From Craspedostauros australis (taxonomy: Eukaryota), in NCBI GenBank assembly GCA_030167865.1, contig JALAGF010000066.1, forward strand, positions 1-64,000: a stretch of 64,000 nt of DNA. The letters run 5' to 3'. Positions 37,401 through 46,597 of the stretch are shown here, piece after piece. Position 1 is the first letter of the stretch. Each line of letters starts with the position of its first letter. Under the pieces are notes generated by a model. That model did no database searches. It was not told where the DNA came from and saw only the letters and a program-made list of their open reading frames with translations. The position numbers were made by a program, and so were the translations under genes.

Positions 37401-37727
37401 GCCATTCTCTGCACAAAAGCACTTTGCTATCTGCTCAGGCTCTGTCCACGTTCTTCGCTCAGCCCCTTGTATTGCCCCCGTCACCATGCCGACTCCTGCT
37501 CCTCTTGACTTTCCGGTTGCCCACTGTATCTTCCTCCAGGCCGCTTTCGTTTCCTCGCGCTTCTGTATCTGTTTCCGATGTTGACTCTCCACCGTCTTCC
37601 CCGATGCTGTCTGCTGCTGAACTTCCTCCTCCAGAAAACTCCTTCGGTACCAAATAGCGTCCCCTTTCACCTGTTTCCATTTTGTCCACGCCTGCTGTCG
37701 CTTCTGCTCGATCTCTCGCAGCGTCAT
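34425..37727 (-). CDS. LINE ORF2 reverse transcriptase + RNase H segment (1100 aa)
   Basis: RT motifs SGPSG, FRTISLLE, EQYGSR, NDAKGCYDRIAH, QGVTQG, FVDDTD. RNase H acidic residues in SDGS, RAELAG, CDN, HVKGH...NVITD. Confidence 0.95.
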   Translation of the reverse strand: MTLREIEQKRQQAWTKWKQVKGDAIWYRRSFLEEEVQQQTASGKTVESQHRKQIQKREETKAAWRKIQWATGKSRGAGVGMVTGAIQGAERRTWTEPEQIAKCFCAENGKKYHKALAAPVFQYGLPESMWKGHGEWLEHLTTSARGPDEYTNWLLQCLNQRQGPQWAEQMCRVGEIEHAARWKKARECITSGPSGLHFGLWKAQNYEPDLRKIDTSMRSISFRTGYNLKRWAQCTDVQLAKQEGNINVEKFRTISLLEADMNMNHKMLGARIMKHAEAHGLIAPEQYGSRKRHRSQEVSLNNRLSNDVMRIHATPGIICANDAKGCYDRIAHPILAASLRAMGVPWTQIQAVIRNVEGMKHRIQTMLGPSKATYKGSKEAPFQGVTQGHGAAPACWVVVSSPIIEVMRQRAHGFKHTGCMTGETVEFVCFTFVDDTDLIHTFRTTEDERMVEESQAVAETWNGLLKATGGVIEPAKSHWYLISFDWRNDKWEYRKKEATPGEIRLTKPDSEERTDIERLEATEARRTLGIVASPDGNQKHAVEDLQRKGKEWARNVRAGQLSRRETWRALKHTIWKTLEYPLPATTMTKRQCEDVMRPVLQAALPAAGVQRNVPRTIVFGPTELLGLGLKHLYWQQLTAHVATIFRHWHRDTLTGKMLRVSYQAAAASAGTIDLFKATGEKWSKIVPQSWWASVAQEAATANLEVSMENTILRPRRQGDGPIMEVIEAACNPEEMRQMNLCRRSLQAFWMSDLVSADGKRFTTEAADGRKLAGFCAVRVPRVGKVKAAYWATWRAKLKSMTTRDGGLLEQYRLGGWRRHDDAAPVRWDEESGRLQVREDEWTVWQEVPMRSRRRMFRRIPGAVGNGAGVPADGYPQGDGFRLVTTGEWAAAPMVRESTAMADAWRELEDAEAWAIRHIRCETDWQDMAVGIKDRTAVGGSDGSVKHGKGTAAWVMATDGSLEMVAFGTLEAPRCEGPMSSQRAELAGIYSALLAVREMERRYGMSDGCLRWSCDNLQALKALEWEHDPDPSIPDYDMMIATMRLRRQLKTRVTGQHVKGHQDERKQLHELDEWERMNVITDKLAEQRWNLLESTEGWRHH

Positions 37728-39073
37728 GTACCTGGTATTGACGTCCAGCTTTGCTTCTTCTTCAGCCTGTCCAAATGTCTGGACTTGACGACTTTCCCTT
37801 TTCTTCTCTTTGCTGCGGCGTCCCAGAATTGTTTCGCTTTTCGCGCCTTGTCCACTTGTGGGCTGAACGGTACTTTTCCAACCCTCACTTTCCGGCAGTT
37901 GCGCTCCGCTTTGGACATGATCGCTGTCCTTGCCCTGTCGATGGCTTCGAATTCTGTTCGTTGGGCTTCATTCATGCTGTCTCCGACCTCTCTCTCTAGT
38001 GCATGCACTCGTTCGTCGATGCCCTGTTGTTTCATTTGTCTTCTGATGTCGTCTGTGTATTTCTTCACGGATTGCTTCAGTCCTAGTCTCAGTCGGCGTC
38101 CTGTGAATTTGACATCTCTTTGTTTCCTTCTCCCGAATACCCTCTCCTCCCTGACGTCCGTCCACACAGTTCTGTGATCCCATTCATGGAAGTCCGTCAT
38201 GCCTGCTCGTTCCGTCTTGAGCGACGCCGTCCCCCACAGTCCGTCGATGACCCTGCCCGAATTCCCAGACCGATGCGTGTCCACTGGTTGATCCTTGTGG
38301 CTCGACAGCACCAGCTCGTTGAGTTCCTCTTCTTCCATCATTTTTGCAAACTCCGATCCCTGCACAGTCATGTTGATGTCTCCTCCGACGACTAGCTCTT
38401 CGCCTCTCCCGCGCCATTCTATGATTCGCCTCCGGAGGTCCGTCATCAGCTGCTGGATGGGGTCCTTGTTGGCAGCCTCATCGTCTTGGCTTGCGGCCGC
38501 TAGTTGTTGCACGTACACCGACCTGGGCCCGTTGTTGCTTTTTATGGGCACGTAGACGCTCACCACTCGTACTTTGATGCCGTCTTTCCCTTGCAGGAGA
38601 ATGCTCGCCCATCTCCCAAGGTTGTCGCTGTCTTTTTCCAGTACCCTGCTTGCTGTGTGCCCTGTTATCACAACTGCCGTCCCTCCCCACTGGACCATCC
38701 CTCCAATCGTTTCCGTCTTGTTCCATGCTCGTGCCTCTTTTGCTTTGCTGAACTGGTGTTGCACTCGTGCTTGCCAGCCGTTACGAGCTCCTGTTTTGTC
38801 CCAGTTGATCCCTACTTCCGTCAGCAGGCATACGTCTATCTGGTTTTGCTTGATCCATTGCCACAGTTCTTGTTGTTTGTGTGACATTGGGTCCTTCGGA
38901 AGCCTTCCAACGTTGAGTGTCGCTATCCGAATCGTGTGTTCTCCTTTCCTCCTTTCGTCCTCCCCCCACCTTTGACTTGCTCGTTGCACATCCGTCCCAA
39001 CAGCCGTCCTCATTCCTTGCCGCTCGGTTCGTTCCGGGTTTGGCTGCCCCGGAGCTACCTTGCCCCTTATCAT
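37724..39073 (-). CDS. LINE ORF2 apurinic/apyrimidinic-like endonuclease segment (449 aa)
   Basis: IATLNV, DVCLLTE, VVSVYVP, VVGGDIN, IDGLW and WDHRTVW are the conserved EEP/APE motifs. Confidence 0.9.
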   Translation of the reverse strand: MIRGKVAPGQPNPERTERQGMRTAVGTDVQRASQRWGEDERRKGEHTIRIATLNVGRLPKDPMSHKQQELWQWIKQNQIDVCLLTEVGINWDKTGARNGWQARVQHQFSKAKEARAWNKTETIGGMVQWGGTAVVITGHTASRVLEKDSDNLGRWASILLQGKDGIKVRVVSVYVPIKSNNGPRSVYVQQLAAASQDDEAANKDPIQQLMTDLRRRIIEWRGRGEELVVGGDINMTVQGSEFAKMMEEEELNELVLSSHKDQPVDTHRSGNSGRVIDGLWGTASLKTERAGMTDFHEWDHRTVWTDVREERVFGRRKQRDVKFTGRRLRLGLKQSVKKYTDDIRRQMKQQGIDERVHALEREVGDSMNEAQRTEFEAIDRARTAIMSKAERNCRKVRVGKVPFSPQVDKARKAKQFWDAAAKRRKGKVVKSRHLDRLKKKQSWTSIPGT

Positions 39074-41664
39074 TCTTGCATGTCGGTTTCCCCTTCTCCT
39101 CCTGGTTCTTTCGCCCTCTTCCTGTCTAGTGCCGCCTGTATCTTTGCGATGCGCTTGACGAGAGCGTCTTCCGATTGGTTCTCCAGGGTGTTGGTGGCAA
39201 CGCTGTCAAATGCCGACAACTCCGAGATTCCTGTGTTGACGGACATCTCAGATCCTGCGGACTCACTCGCCTCCGACGCCGTGTCGTCGGTCTTGCGCCG
39301 CTTCATGGACGACTTGATCGGTTGGTCGAGTGCCGTTCCTTTTCGGCTGGTTCTGTTGGTGAACGAAAACGCACTTTTGTCATCCAGTGCGATGGGCCTG
39401 TACAGTGTTCCTTCCATCATGTCGAGTCCTTCCAGCACGATGTTGGGAAATTCGTCTGCCACCATTAGCATGGACTCCACTTGGGGCACCTTGTACTTTC
39501 CTGTTGCTTCATCGTACTGCACTTGGTTGGCTTCCACTTGCTCTGCGAGTGTGAACCACCGCGCTGTGGACTGCCCGATCTCCCGCCTGCATCTCGCTGC
39601 CAAGGTGTTGACGATTACCTCTGCATGTTGCAGGTGTTCCGGGAAGACGTACGCATACGCCACGTCTGTCTCACCGTTCCATGGGACTTCTTGTTTGTCC
39701 ACGTGGATGAAGACTGGTCTCTTCGTGACTGGGTGTACCTGGTTCGCCAGATAAGTTCGCAGCGTCTTGCACGGATGTTCCGTGTCCGGCTCGTCGAGCT
39801 CCTCCACTCCCCTGATCCGCACTTCCTGCATCATGTCCAAGACAGCCTCGTGTTTGCCTTTCAGTCTCTTGGTTGCGAGCACTCCATCTGGTCCGAGTGT
39901 CATTGCCAGCGGATTCGGAACAAATCTGTTTCGGAGCCCTCCGGGTCCCACTTTGAGCATGTCATTGAACATCACACACAGTGCCTTCGTGATAGGAACG
40001 TGATACCTGATGTCGGCCTCCAGTCTCAGGGCTTGCCATGGTTGCACTTTGAAGCTTTTGCCTGCTGCTTTGTGCGCGTCACGCCTCTCCTGGCTCACGA
40101 GTCCGTCAGCTCGGATCCTTCCTCCCACTTCTCCCTTCATTCCATTGGCTTTCAGTCTTTTGTTGATGATGTCGCAGATGGCTTGAGCGTTGGCGAAGTT
40201 GCTGGTGTATGTGAGCATACCGATCTGTTTGGTGTACTCAGCCTCGTCCAGCGGGCGCTTGTAGAGCGTTTGCCCTGATGACTGGTAGTAGAAGTTCATC
40301 TGCGACCCCATTTTGGACACGATGTCTCGCGGGTCGCACGTCATGGCTATGCGGACCTGAGCGGTCACTGTCCTGCCGTTGGCTGTCATCCTCATCCTGC
40401 TCGTGTACACCATGAGCTCTCGCTCTGTCTTTGGGAACTGTTTCTCGTTGCTGATGACTTCCTTTGTGTCTTTCTCCATCCATGCCATCAGGAAAATCGT
40501 GCTGTCATGTTCTTTCATGGCCTTGAGCCATCGTCTGAGGGCTTTCAGGTACCTCTTCAATGTGTGACTTCCTTGCTTGGTTGGCACGGTCAGATCGAAT
40601 CGCTTGGCCACCATGCCTTCTCGCACTGTGTGTTTGGTGGTGCTTTCGACCGTGCTTGTGTCACTGTCGCTGTCGGCTTCCGCTGATTCGTCGCTGCTGG
40701 GTTCGTTGTCGTCTTTGCTGGAATCTTCATCTTTGTCATCCTCGCTTTCGCTGCTTGTGTTGTGTTGGAGCGCCTTTGCAAGCCTAGCCGTTTCTTTTTT
40801 GCGTGCGTCTGTGTTGTTGATGGAGAATTTGATTTTTCGCTGTTTGAGTCTTTTCTTGCTCGTGACCACTTTTGACTGTGCGTGTTGGCTTGCCAGTTCT
40901 GCTGTTGCGGTGTCCTTGGGTGTCTCGGCTACTCCCATGACTACGTCCTCTCCTTGTGGCACCAGTACGACGTCCGGATACCTGGATCCCAGTGCATTCA
41001 CTGCTGCCCTCCATGCGATCGTGATTTCTGTTTTGCGTAGAAGCCCTCCCGAATCAGGTATCATCATGTCTTTGAACACCACGTTGGGGTCTGTCGTGCT
41101 CAGGTCTGCTGCAAGCTGTTTGATTCGCTGTCTGCGTCCGTCTGCTTTTGGGACCTGTGCCACCCCGAATTTCTCCTTGCGTCCGTCAATCGCCATGCTG
41201 ATGAACGCTTGGACGTCTTGGACTGGAATCACTTTGCCGGTCTGTGCTGCTGCCTTGCCTGTCCACTGTGTTCGTAGAGACATCATTCCTTTCACTAGGT
41301 TGTGTACGGACCTTCCTTCTTCTGCCAGGACTTCAGCGTACGCGAACGAGGCTGCCGCCTTGCGTATCTCTCCTGGTAGCGACTTCCACGTGCTCGTCGT
41401 CGTCTTTCGTGCTGTCGACACTCCTTCTTCATTTTCTCCTTCCACGAGGGTCGGCATCTTGCCTGGTTTCTTGCCTCCAGTGCTCTCCGATGTCTGCTTG
41501 TTCTCCCTTGCCTGAGGTTCCTTGCTTCCGCCTATGCCGATGGCTGTCTTCTTCTGGTTTGTGATCACCTTGTTCAGTTTCGTCGCTGCTGTCTCCGTCG
41601 CCATCGTATCTTTTCTACGAGTGACACCCGTTGGCTTCACTACCGTGTCGGTGTTCTGGTTCAT
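39070..41664 (-). CDS. LINE ORF1 (864 aa), presumed nucleic-acid-binding protein
   Basis: Long intronless basic ORF between the 5' end of the element and the endonuclease. Its stop overlaps the next ATG (ATGA at 39073-39070). Confidence 0.85.
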   Translation of the reverse strand: MNQNTDTVVKPTGVTRRKDTMATETAATKLNKVITNQKKTAIGIGGSKEPQARENKQTSESTGGKKPGKMPTLVEGENEEGVSTARKTTTSTWKSLPGEIRKAAASFAYAEVLAEEGRSVHNLVKGMMSLRTQWTGKAAAQTGKVIPVQDVQAFISMAIDGRKEKFGVAQVPKADGRRQRIKQLAADLSTTDPNVVFKDMMIPDSGGLLRKTEITIAWRAAVNALGSRYPDVVLVPQGEDVVMGVAETPKDTATAELASQHAQSKVVTSKKRLKQRKIKFSINNTDARKKETARLAKALQHNTSSESEDDKDEDSSKDDNEPSSDESAEADSDSDTSTVESTTKHTVREGMVAKRFDLTVPTKQGSHTLKRYLKALRRWLKAMKEHDSTIFLMAWMEKDTKEVISNEKQFPKTERELMVYTSRMRMTANGRTVTAQVRIAMTCDPRDIVSKMGSQMNFYYQSSGQTLYKRPLDEAEYTKQIGMLTYTSNFANAQAICDIINKRLKANGMKGEVGGRIRADGLVSQERRDAHKAAGKSFKVQPWQALRLEADIRYHVPITKALCVMFNDMLKVGPGGLRNRFVPNPLAMTLGPDGVLATKRLKGKHEAVLDMMQEVRIRGVEELDEPDTEHPCKTLRTYLANQVHPVTKRPVFIHVDKQEVPWNGETDVAYAYVFPEHLQHAEVIVNTLAARCRREIGQSTARWFTLAEQVEANQVQYDEATGKYKVPQVESMLMVADEFPNIVLEGLDMMEGTLYRPIALDDKSAFSFTNRTSRKGTALDQPIKSSMKRRKTDDTASEASESAGSEMSVNTGISELSAFDSVATNTLENQSEDALVKRIAKIQAALDRKRAKEPGGEGETDMQE

Positions 41665-41720
41665 TTTTGTACTATCTTTACGTGTTTCTACTTGTTTTGT
41701 TTTTCTGGTCCGCGTTTTTA

Positions 41721-41739
41721 TAGCGCAGAGTCTAGCTCA
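41721..41739 (+). repeat. Right target-site duplication (TAGCGCAGAGTCTAGCTCA, 19 bp)
   Basis: Identical to 33201-33219. Confidence 0.95.
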
Positions 41740-44242
41740 CTTCGGGCACCAGGCATGATCTGTGTGCTTATGACGCCAGTCGCTGTCGCCCGGCGCAATG
41801 AAGAGGAACCTCGTTTGCCATCGCTGTTCGGAGTAAGGCTCGCCTATTGGTTCCGGCAATCGTTCAGATCTGTTACTTGTCAATGGTCTCTTGCAAGCCC
41901 AGAGCCAGCAAGCCGGCTCACTGTCAAGCGAGGTGACGATGGGTAAGAGAACGTCTTGGCTGTGCGCGTTTCTGCCAGGTCGACGGCCTTCCCACTGCCG
42001 TTGTTGGAGCAGCACACAACCACTTTCTTCTCGTCTTCCGGGAGGAGATTGGGCTTCTTGATGAAGTTAGCAGTCACATCTTCTTGGAGGTACCTTTGTG
42101 GCGGAATTGAACGTCACCGAGGAAGCAGGCCAGCCCACTGTCATGTTGCTGTTGATACGCCTGTCCTTGAAGACTCGCTCATTTGCGTCTGTTTGTTCCG
42201 AAAGCGTTGTGGCAAGTCAATCTGAGTCTTTGGCCTGTTTACACCATTACCTGATGCATCTTTGCCTTGCACCTTTCAGTGTTGCCATCGTCTTGGCATT
42301 TCGGTGCTTGATCAAGAACTCAGGTTGGTTGAAGAGGTTATCATATCAGATACTAGTTGTTTGGAATCACTTCTGCCTCTGTAGCTCGTAGGCTGCTGCT
42401 GTGGCAGTGGGGCTTCCGCTTTGCTTCTATGGGGTGTTCTCCGTCATTGCACTCATGTGGTACATGAGCGATGGAGGTCAACGAACGAGCAAGGTGCCGT
42501 TGGCGATGCCGTTGCTTGAGCGTCGGAGTCGACCGAGGCATCCAGTATCCGCGACGGGGGACTTGGCAAAAGATACCAATCGTCAAATGGCGTCATCACC
42601 AACTTCGCGCCCAAAGTCGCACCCAATCCATCGTCACACGTCGACTATCATGTCCCTTGAAGCACTGGATGCTCTACGCACGTTGCAACATCATCCAACA
42701 TCGTCATCCTTCTTCAGCCGCCAGATCGGCATCGTCAGAGCCATTGGTCATCCTACTCCGTTCGCCGCTCTACTAAAACCAAGCGAAGCTATCACGCCCA
42801 AACGCACGGGGCATGCAGGGCATCGATCACTCTCGCACTGCAATCGTAAGACAACACTGAAGTAACCATTAATCAGCCTTTTACACTATTACAAGATTGA
42901 GCATGGGCAGCTTTGGTTGTGGGAGGTGTGTCTAGTTTCAGGAGGCGCAATGAGTGTTGCAGCTGTGGTTGAGTTTATGGGCCCAGGGAGGCGTTGAGCG
43001 CATGGCCATGATCATCATCGTGGACACGCTCGTGGGACACGCGATGGAGCACTCGCGAACGCAAAGAGAGGTACATCTTCAAGATCGTGCGTGGTTTGGT
43101 TCGCGGTTGATTCCTGTGCATCCTCTCATCAACTTCTCAAACTAACCCGACTTTGCCGTGGACATCAGCCGCAGCGAAGTTCCCTCGATTGTGGACACAA
43201 GGAGATGAGTTGTGACATACGACTATGGGTTCAAGCCAAAAGATACTAGTGTTATCGCGTACTGCATTGTACATTCTGTGCAGGTCGTACGCGCAAGACT
43301 TTGTCGGCGACGACGCCCAAATCCCCGAACACGACGACTGTCTCGTATAGTTCCATTCAATGGGCAGCTGTCTGGCCGTGTGTACCTACGCATCTTAAAT
43401 GTTGTTGGTCGCTTAACATCATTTGCGTTTTACGAATGCTGAAGAACACAGTTCTATCATCACGTGCGTTCGGAGCACGGTTTGGGTCCATCCTGATCAC
43501 GAACAAATCTACTACATTTATGGGATGCCTTCCTGTGGGAGAGTTGCAACGGTCATTCGCAGATTAAAGTTGAAGAATGGCTTTTCGAGTGGATGATAGT
43601 AGTCGACGGCGAGAAGTCACGTTGGTTCTTCGTGTCGAACAATCGACAACAAACCTGTTAAATGTCTATGGCGCCCAATGCACTTTCTGCACGCGTATTT
43701 CCGAATTTAGCCTCGATTATACGTGATGAATAGCTCGTGCGTGACTGGAACTCGAAGCGATGCCGTCACGGGTCATTCAAAATGACCTTTCTCGTCTCAC
43801 AAATGGCCGGCAACATTTCACAATGCGCAAACCACACAACCAACAAAGAGGTTTCGCACAGGACAAAACATCACAACACAAGAACGCACACACCACCACA
43901 ACAATCGCCGACAACATCGCATGCATGGACGCACAAGAGCGGGCGCTGTCCCGCACAGCGCATTGGTACGGATGCGCGTAGAGACCACCCACAGGAATCG
44001 CCCAGAACGGCTGAGAGCTTTCGTTCTTCCACCGCTTGCGCTGGCGAGCGGGGCGGCGCAGTCCAACGATGGCCTGGTGTTCAACTTCGCACACTCTGAT
44101 TCCGCGACGAGGCAAACCGAGGCGGCTGCGCATTTCAAAGTAGAAGCAAAGACTCGCAACGATCACCAGGTCAAAGGCAACGACGCACGCAAAAGCAAAC
44201 GCACCCAAACATACAGCATAAACTATTGTAACAGAACGTACG

Positions 44243-45211
44243 ATGGCTACCAACTCCACTTTGCTCGCCTCTCTGATCATCGTCGTGGCGGGCGCAATTA
44301 CTGTTGAAGGCTTCGCACCATTCCGTGCAATCGTTGCACGCGGCGCACAAGAGCAAAGATGGCGACAATTCACCAATGCGTCCATAGTCCAGGCCACCAG
44401 CTATCACATCCCTGATCGCAATCAAGACGAGAAGCAACGAGACTTCCAAGATATGGCGAGACAGCATCTCCAGAGGGCGAAGATGCTCCGCCAAGAAGCG
44501 GAGGAGGCATTGGCTGATCTGGAGGCCCAACGCATGCGAAGGAAGATCCAGCGAGATCGCTCCGCAGACGAGCTCATCGAATTCTACTTCTTCGGCGTCG
44601 ACGAGTACACGAGCACGTGCTCCGCGGATGATGCCCTGCTCAACCGGCTGCGGGATAGACGATTGGGCGTGACTAAGTTGCTCCTAATAGTCGATCGTAT
44701 CTTCGAGCGGCTGACTTTCGCCAACAAGAAAGGCGACCGCCGCACGGATCGTGACGTGCAGCTCTTTCGCCATGCGAACATCGACTACGATGACGACGAA
44801 AATCGGCTTGACGGATGCATCGAGGCACTAATTGATCTTCACGAAGTGTTAGGCGAAGAATTCCATCGCAAGCAGCCGTCTCACGAGCAAGCGTCGTCGC
44901 ATGATCGAATCGCGAAGTTGACGGAGGAACGGTACGGATCGGACAAGGTGGCTCGGCAACTCCGAAAGAGAATTCAACAGCTGCGCCAAGAAGGTCAACA
45001 CGACATGTTCGTATTGACAGACACGGAGGGACTGGGAGGTTTGGACCATCGCGACATTCTAAGACGGATGAACGTGTCTGCTCCGGCCGCTTCGGCCGCA
45101 ACCACAACAACAGGACCGTCCTACCATGGAGTAAAGACTTCTGCTCGGCCAGGCAAGTTGAGTCTGCAAACCATCAAAAGTGCGGAGGGCCATGTCTCAG
45201 AGAGATTTTGA
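44243..45211 (+). CDS. Hypothetical coiled-coil protein with a probable bipartite plastid-targeting presequence, 322 aa
   Basis: MATNSTLLASLIIVVAGAITVEG|FAPF resembles a signal peptide plus F-initiated transit peptide. Charged helical body. Confidence 0.6.
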   Translation: MATNSTLLASLIIVVAGAITVEGFAPFRAIVARGAQEQRWRQFTNASIVQATSYHIPDRNQDEKQRDFQDMARQHLQRAKMLRQEAEEALADLEAQRMRRKIQRDRSADELIEFYFFGVDEYTSTCSADDALLNRLRDRRLGVTKLLLIVDRIFERLTFANKKGDRRTDRDVQLFRHANIDYDDDENRLDGCIEALIDLHEVLGEEFHRKQPSHEQASSHDRIAKLTEERYGSDKVARQLRKRIQQLRQEGQHDMFVLTDTEGLGGLDHRDILRRMNVSAPAASAATTTTGPSYHGVKTSARPGKLSLQTIKSAEGHVSERF

Positions 45212-45520
45212 AACGAATACAGTACCCTGCACTATGATGTTACGGCAAGGATATCGTAGTCTCTCCCCTTAGAATAGAATACACAATACTCATGCAACAT
45301 AACATATTATATTTTTCTTGTACTATGGATTTGGCATGGAAGCGTGAGTACGTGTGGGTGGGTGAGCGAAGTGGGGCCTCTGATTGTCTCTCCTGGCCTT
45401 GTTTTTCTTCGTCATCATCATTCTTGTATCGGGCGCGCATTGGCGTTTTCGTCTGCATGTGCTGCGAAATCATTTGCGAGCGCAGAGTAGGGTAAAGTAG
45501 TCCAGGGACGGCCGCAGACT

Positions 45521-46597
45521 TTAGCTCGTTCGAGGGCTTGGCAAGCAGCACGCGAGGACGAGCAGGATCGTGAGGATGATGGATCCGTACGGGACGAAGA
45601 GGAGGACGACGATCATCGCGAGGAACAAGCTGATGGTGTTGCACTTGGATTGCTCCCTTTCGCGCGAACCCGTGTAATGTTGCGGCGGCAGGAGTGGAGG
45701 GGCGTCGTTATCATCGGCGGCGCCCTCGACACGCTCTGGAATCTTGGGCGGCTCCTCCTCCTTCCATCGTCGGATGGACGGGTGCAGGGAGTCGTCGGTC
45801 CTCTGCTTCTCGCTCTCGAGCAATTCCTCGATGGCGTGATTCTCGTAGAGATCCTCCTCTACAAGTGCCGTCCTCGTGAGCGGGGAGGTTTTGTGAATTC
45901 GGACCCAGTTAACGATGGCGGCCTTTTCGTAGGTGTTACCTTCGGGGTCGGTGACGGGCATATGCATGATGTTGAGAGTGATGGAGCAGTAGTAGCTCTG
46001 TGGCAACACGTGGGGGTCGCCCATTGGGATGGCAGATCGTTGCACGAGCTGGTTGAAGCCGTTGCGCATGCTGTGCTCCAGCCTGGTGAGCTTGGCCCTG
46101 AGCGACTGCCCCGTCGTGGAGATCTTGTCCTCCATGACATTCCTGAGAGCGATGTTGGGATAGAGCTTGTCCTCTGTGAACTCCCCCTTCTCCAGGATCG
46201 CGGAGCGCTCGTAGGATGTGCCGTCCGGAGCCAGGACCGGGTCCTTGATGAGCTGCTTCGTGATGGGGCAATAAAACGGGGCGGGGAATTCCCTTCCGTC
46301 GTTTCCGTTTGGATTCAATGTGGCAGCCGCCGAGGTCCTCTCGTTGGCGAGGACGGCCTCGTTCACCACCACCTGCGGCTGCAGAACCTCTTCCTCGTCT
46401 CCATCCGCATCAGCCTCCACCGGTTTCAGGTTCGCCGCGCTGCTTGGTTTCCTGTCCTCCGAGGCTGTCTCGACCGCGCCATCTTCGTCGTTGCCTTCGG
46501 CCGTGGCTGAAGCAGCAGGCGCGTCCGTTTGAGCCGCCTCCATCTGCGCCTCCACATCGTCGTGGGCGTCGCTTGCGTTGTTGTCCTTGGTCGTCAT
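45521..46597 (-). CDS. Tandem U-box E3 ubiquitin ligase-like protein with a C-terminal hydrophobic anchor, 358 aa
   Basis: FYCPITKQLIKDPVLAPDGTSYERSAI...LYPNIAL and YYCSITLNIMHMPVTDPEGNTYEKAAIVNW...SPLTR...LYENHAI. Hydrophobic C-terminus. Confidence 0.9.
   Translation of the reverse strand: MTTKDNNASDAHDDVEAQMEAAQTDAPAASATAEGNDEDGAVETASEDRKPSSAANLKPVEADADGDEEEVLQPQVVVNEAVLANERTSAAATLNPNGNDGREFPAPFYCPITKQLIKDPVLAPDGTSYERSAILEKGEFTEDKLYPNIALRNVMEDKISTTGQSLRAKLTRLEHSMRNGFNQLVQRSAIPMGDPHVLPQSYYCSITLNIMHMPVTDPEGNTYEKAAIVNWVRIHKTSPLTRTALVEEDLYENHAIEELLESEKQRTDDSLHPSIRRWKEEEPPKIPERVEGAADDNDAPPLLPPQHYTGSREREQSKCNTISLFLAMIVVLLFVPYGSIILTILLVLACCLPSPRTS

Larger units (their letters stand above)
33220..41720 (-). 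mobile_element. Full-length 8.5-kb non-LTR retrotransposon (APE + RT + RNase H; Ambal-like)
   Basis: Perfect 19-bp TSD. (TA)6 3' tail at 33220-33231. 56-nt A-rich 5' UTR. Long ORF1 followed by APE endonuclease, RT, RNase H and CCHC zinc-binding coding segments. The Ambal assignment is inferred from domain order and host type. Confidence 0.92.

Noticed and set aside
32890-43201. 12-bp direct repeat TGTGGACACAAG at 32890-32901 and 43190-43201, a possible TSD or LTR start of an older element enclosing the LINE
   Set aside because: No TIRs or extended LTR similarity are visible, GTGGACA-like words recur around 43020-43200, and a 12-mer match over these spans is not far from chance.
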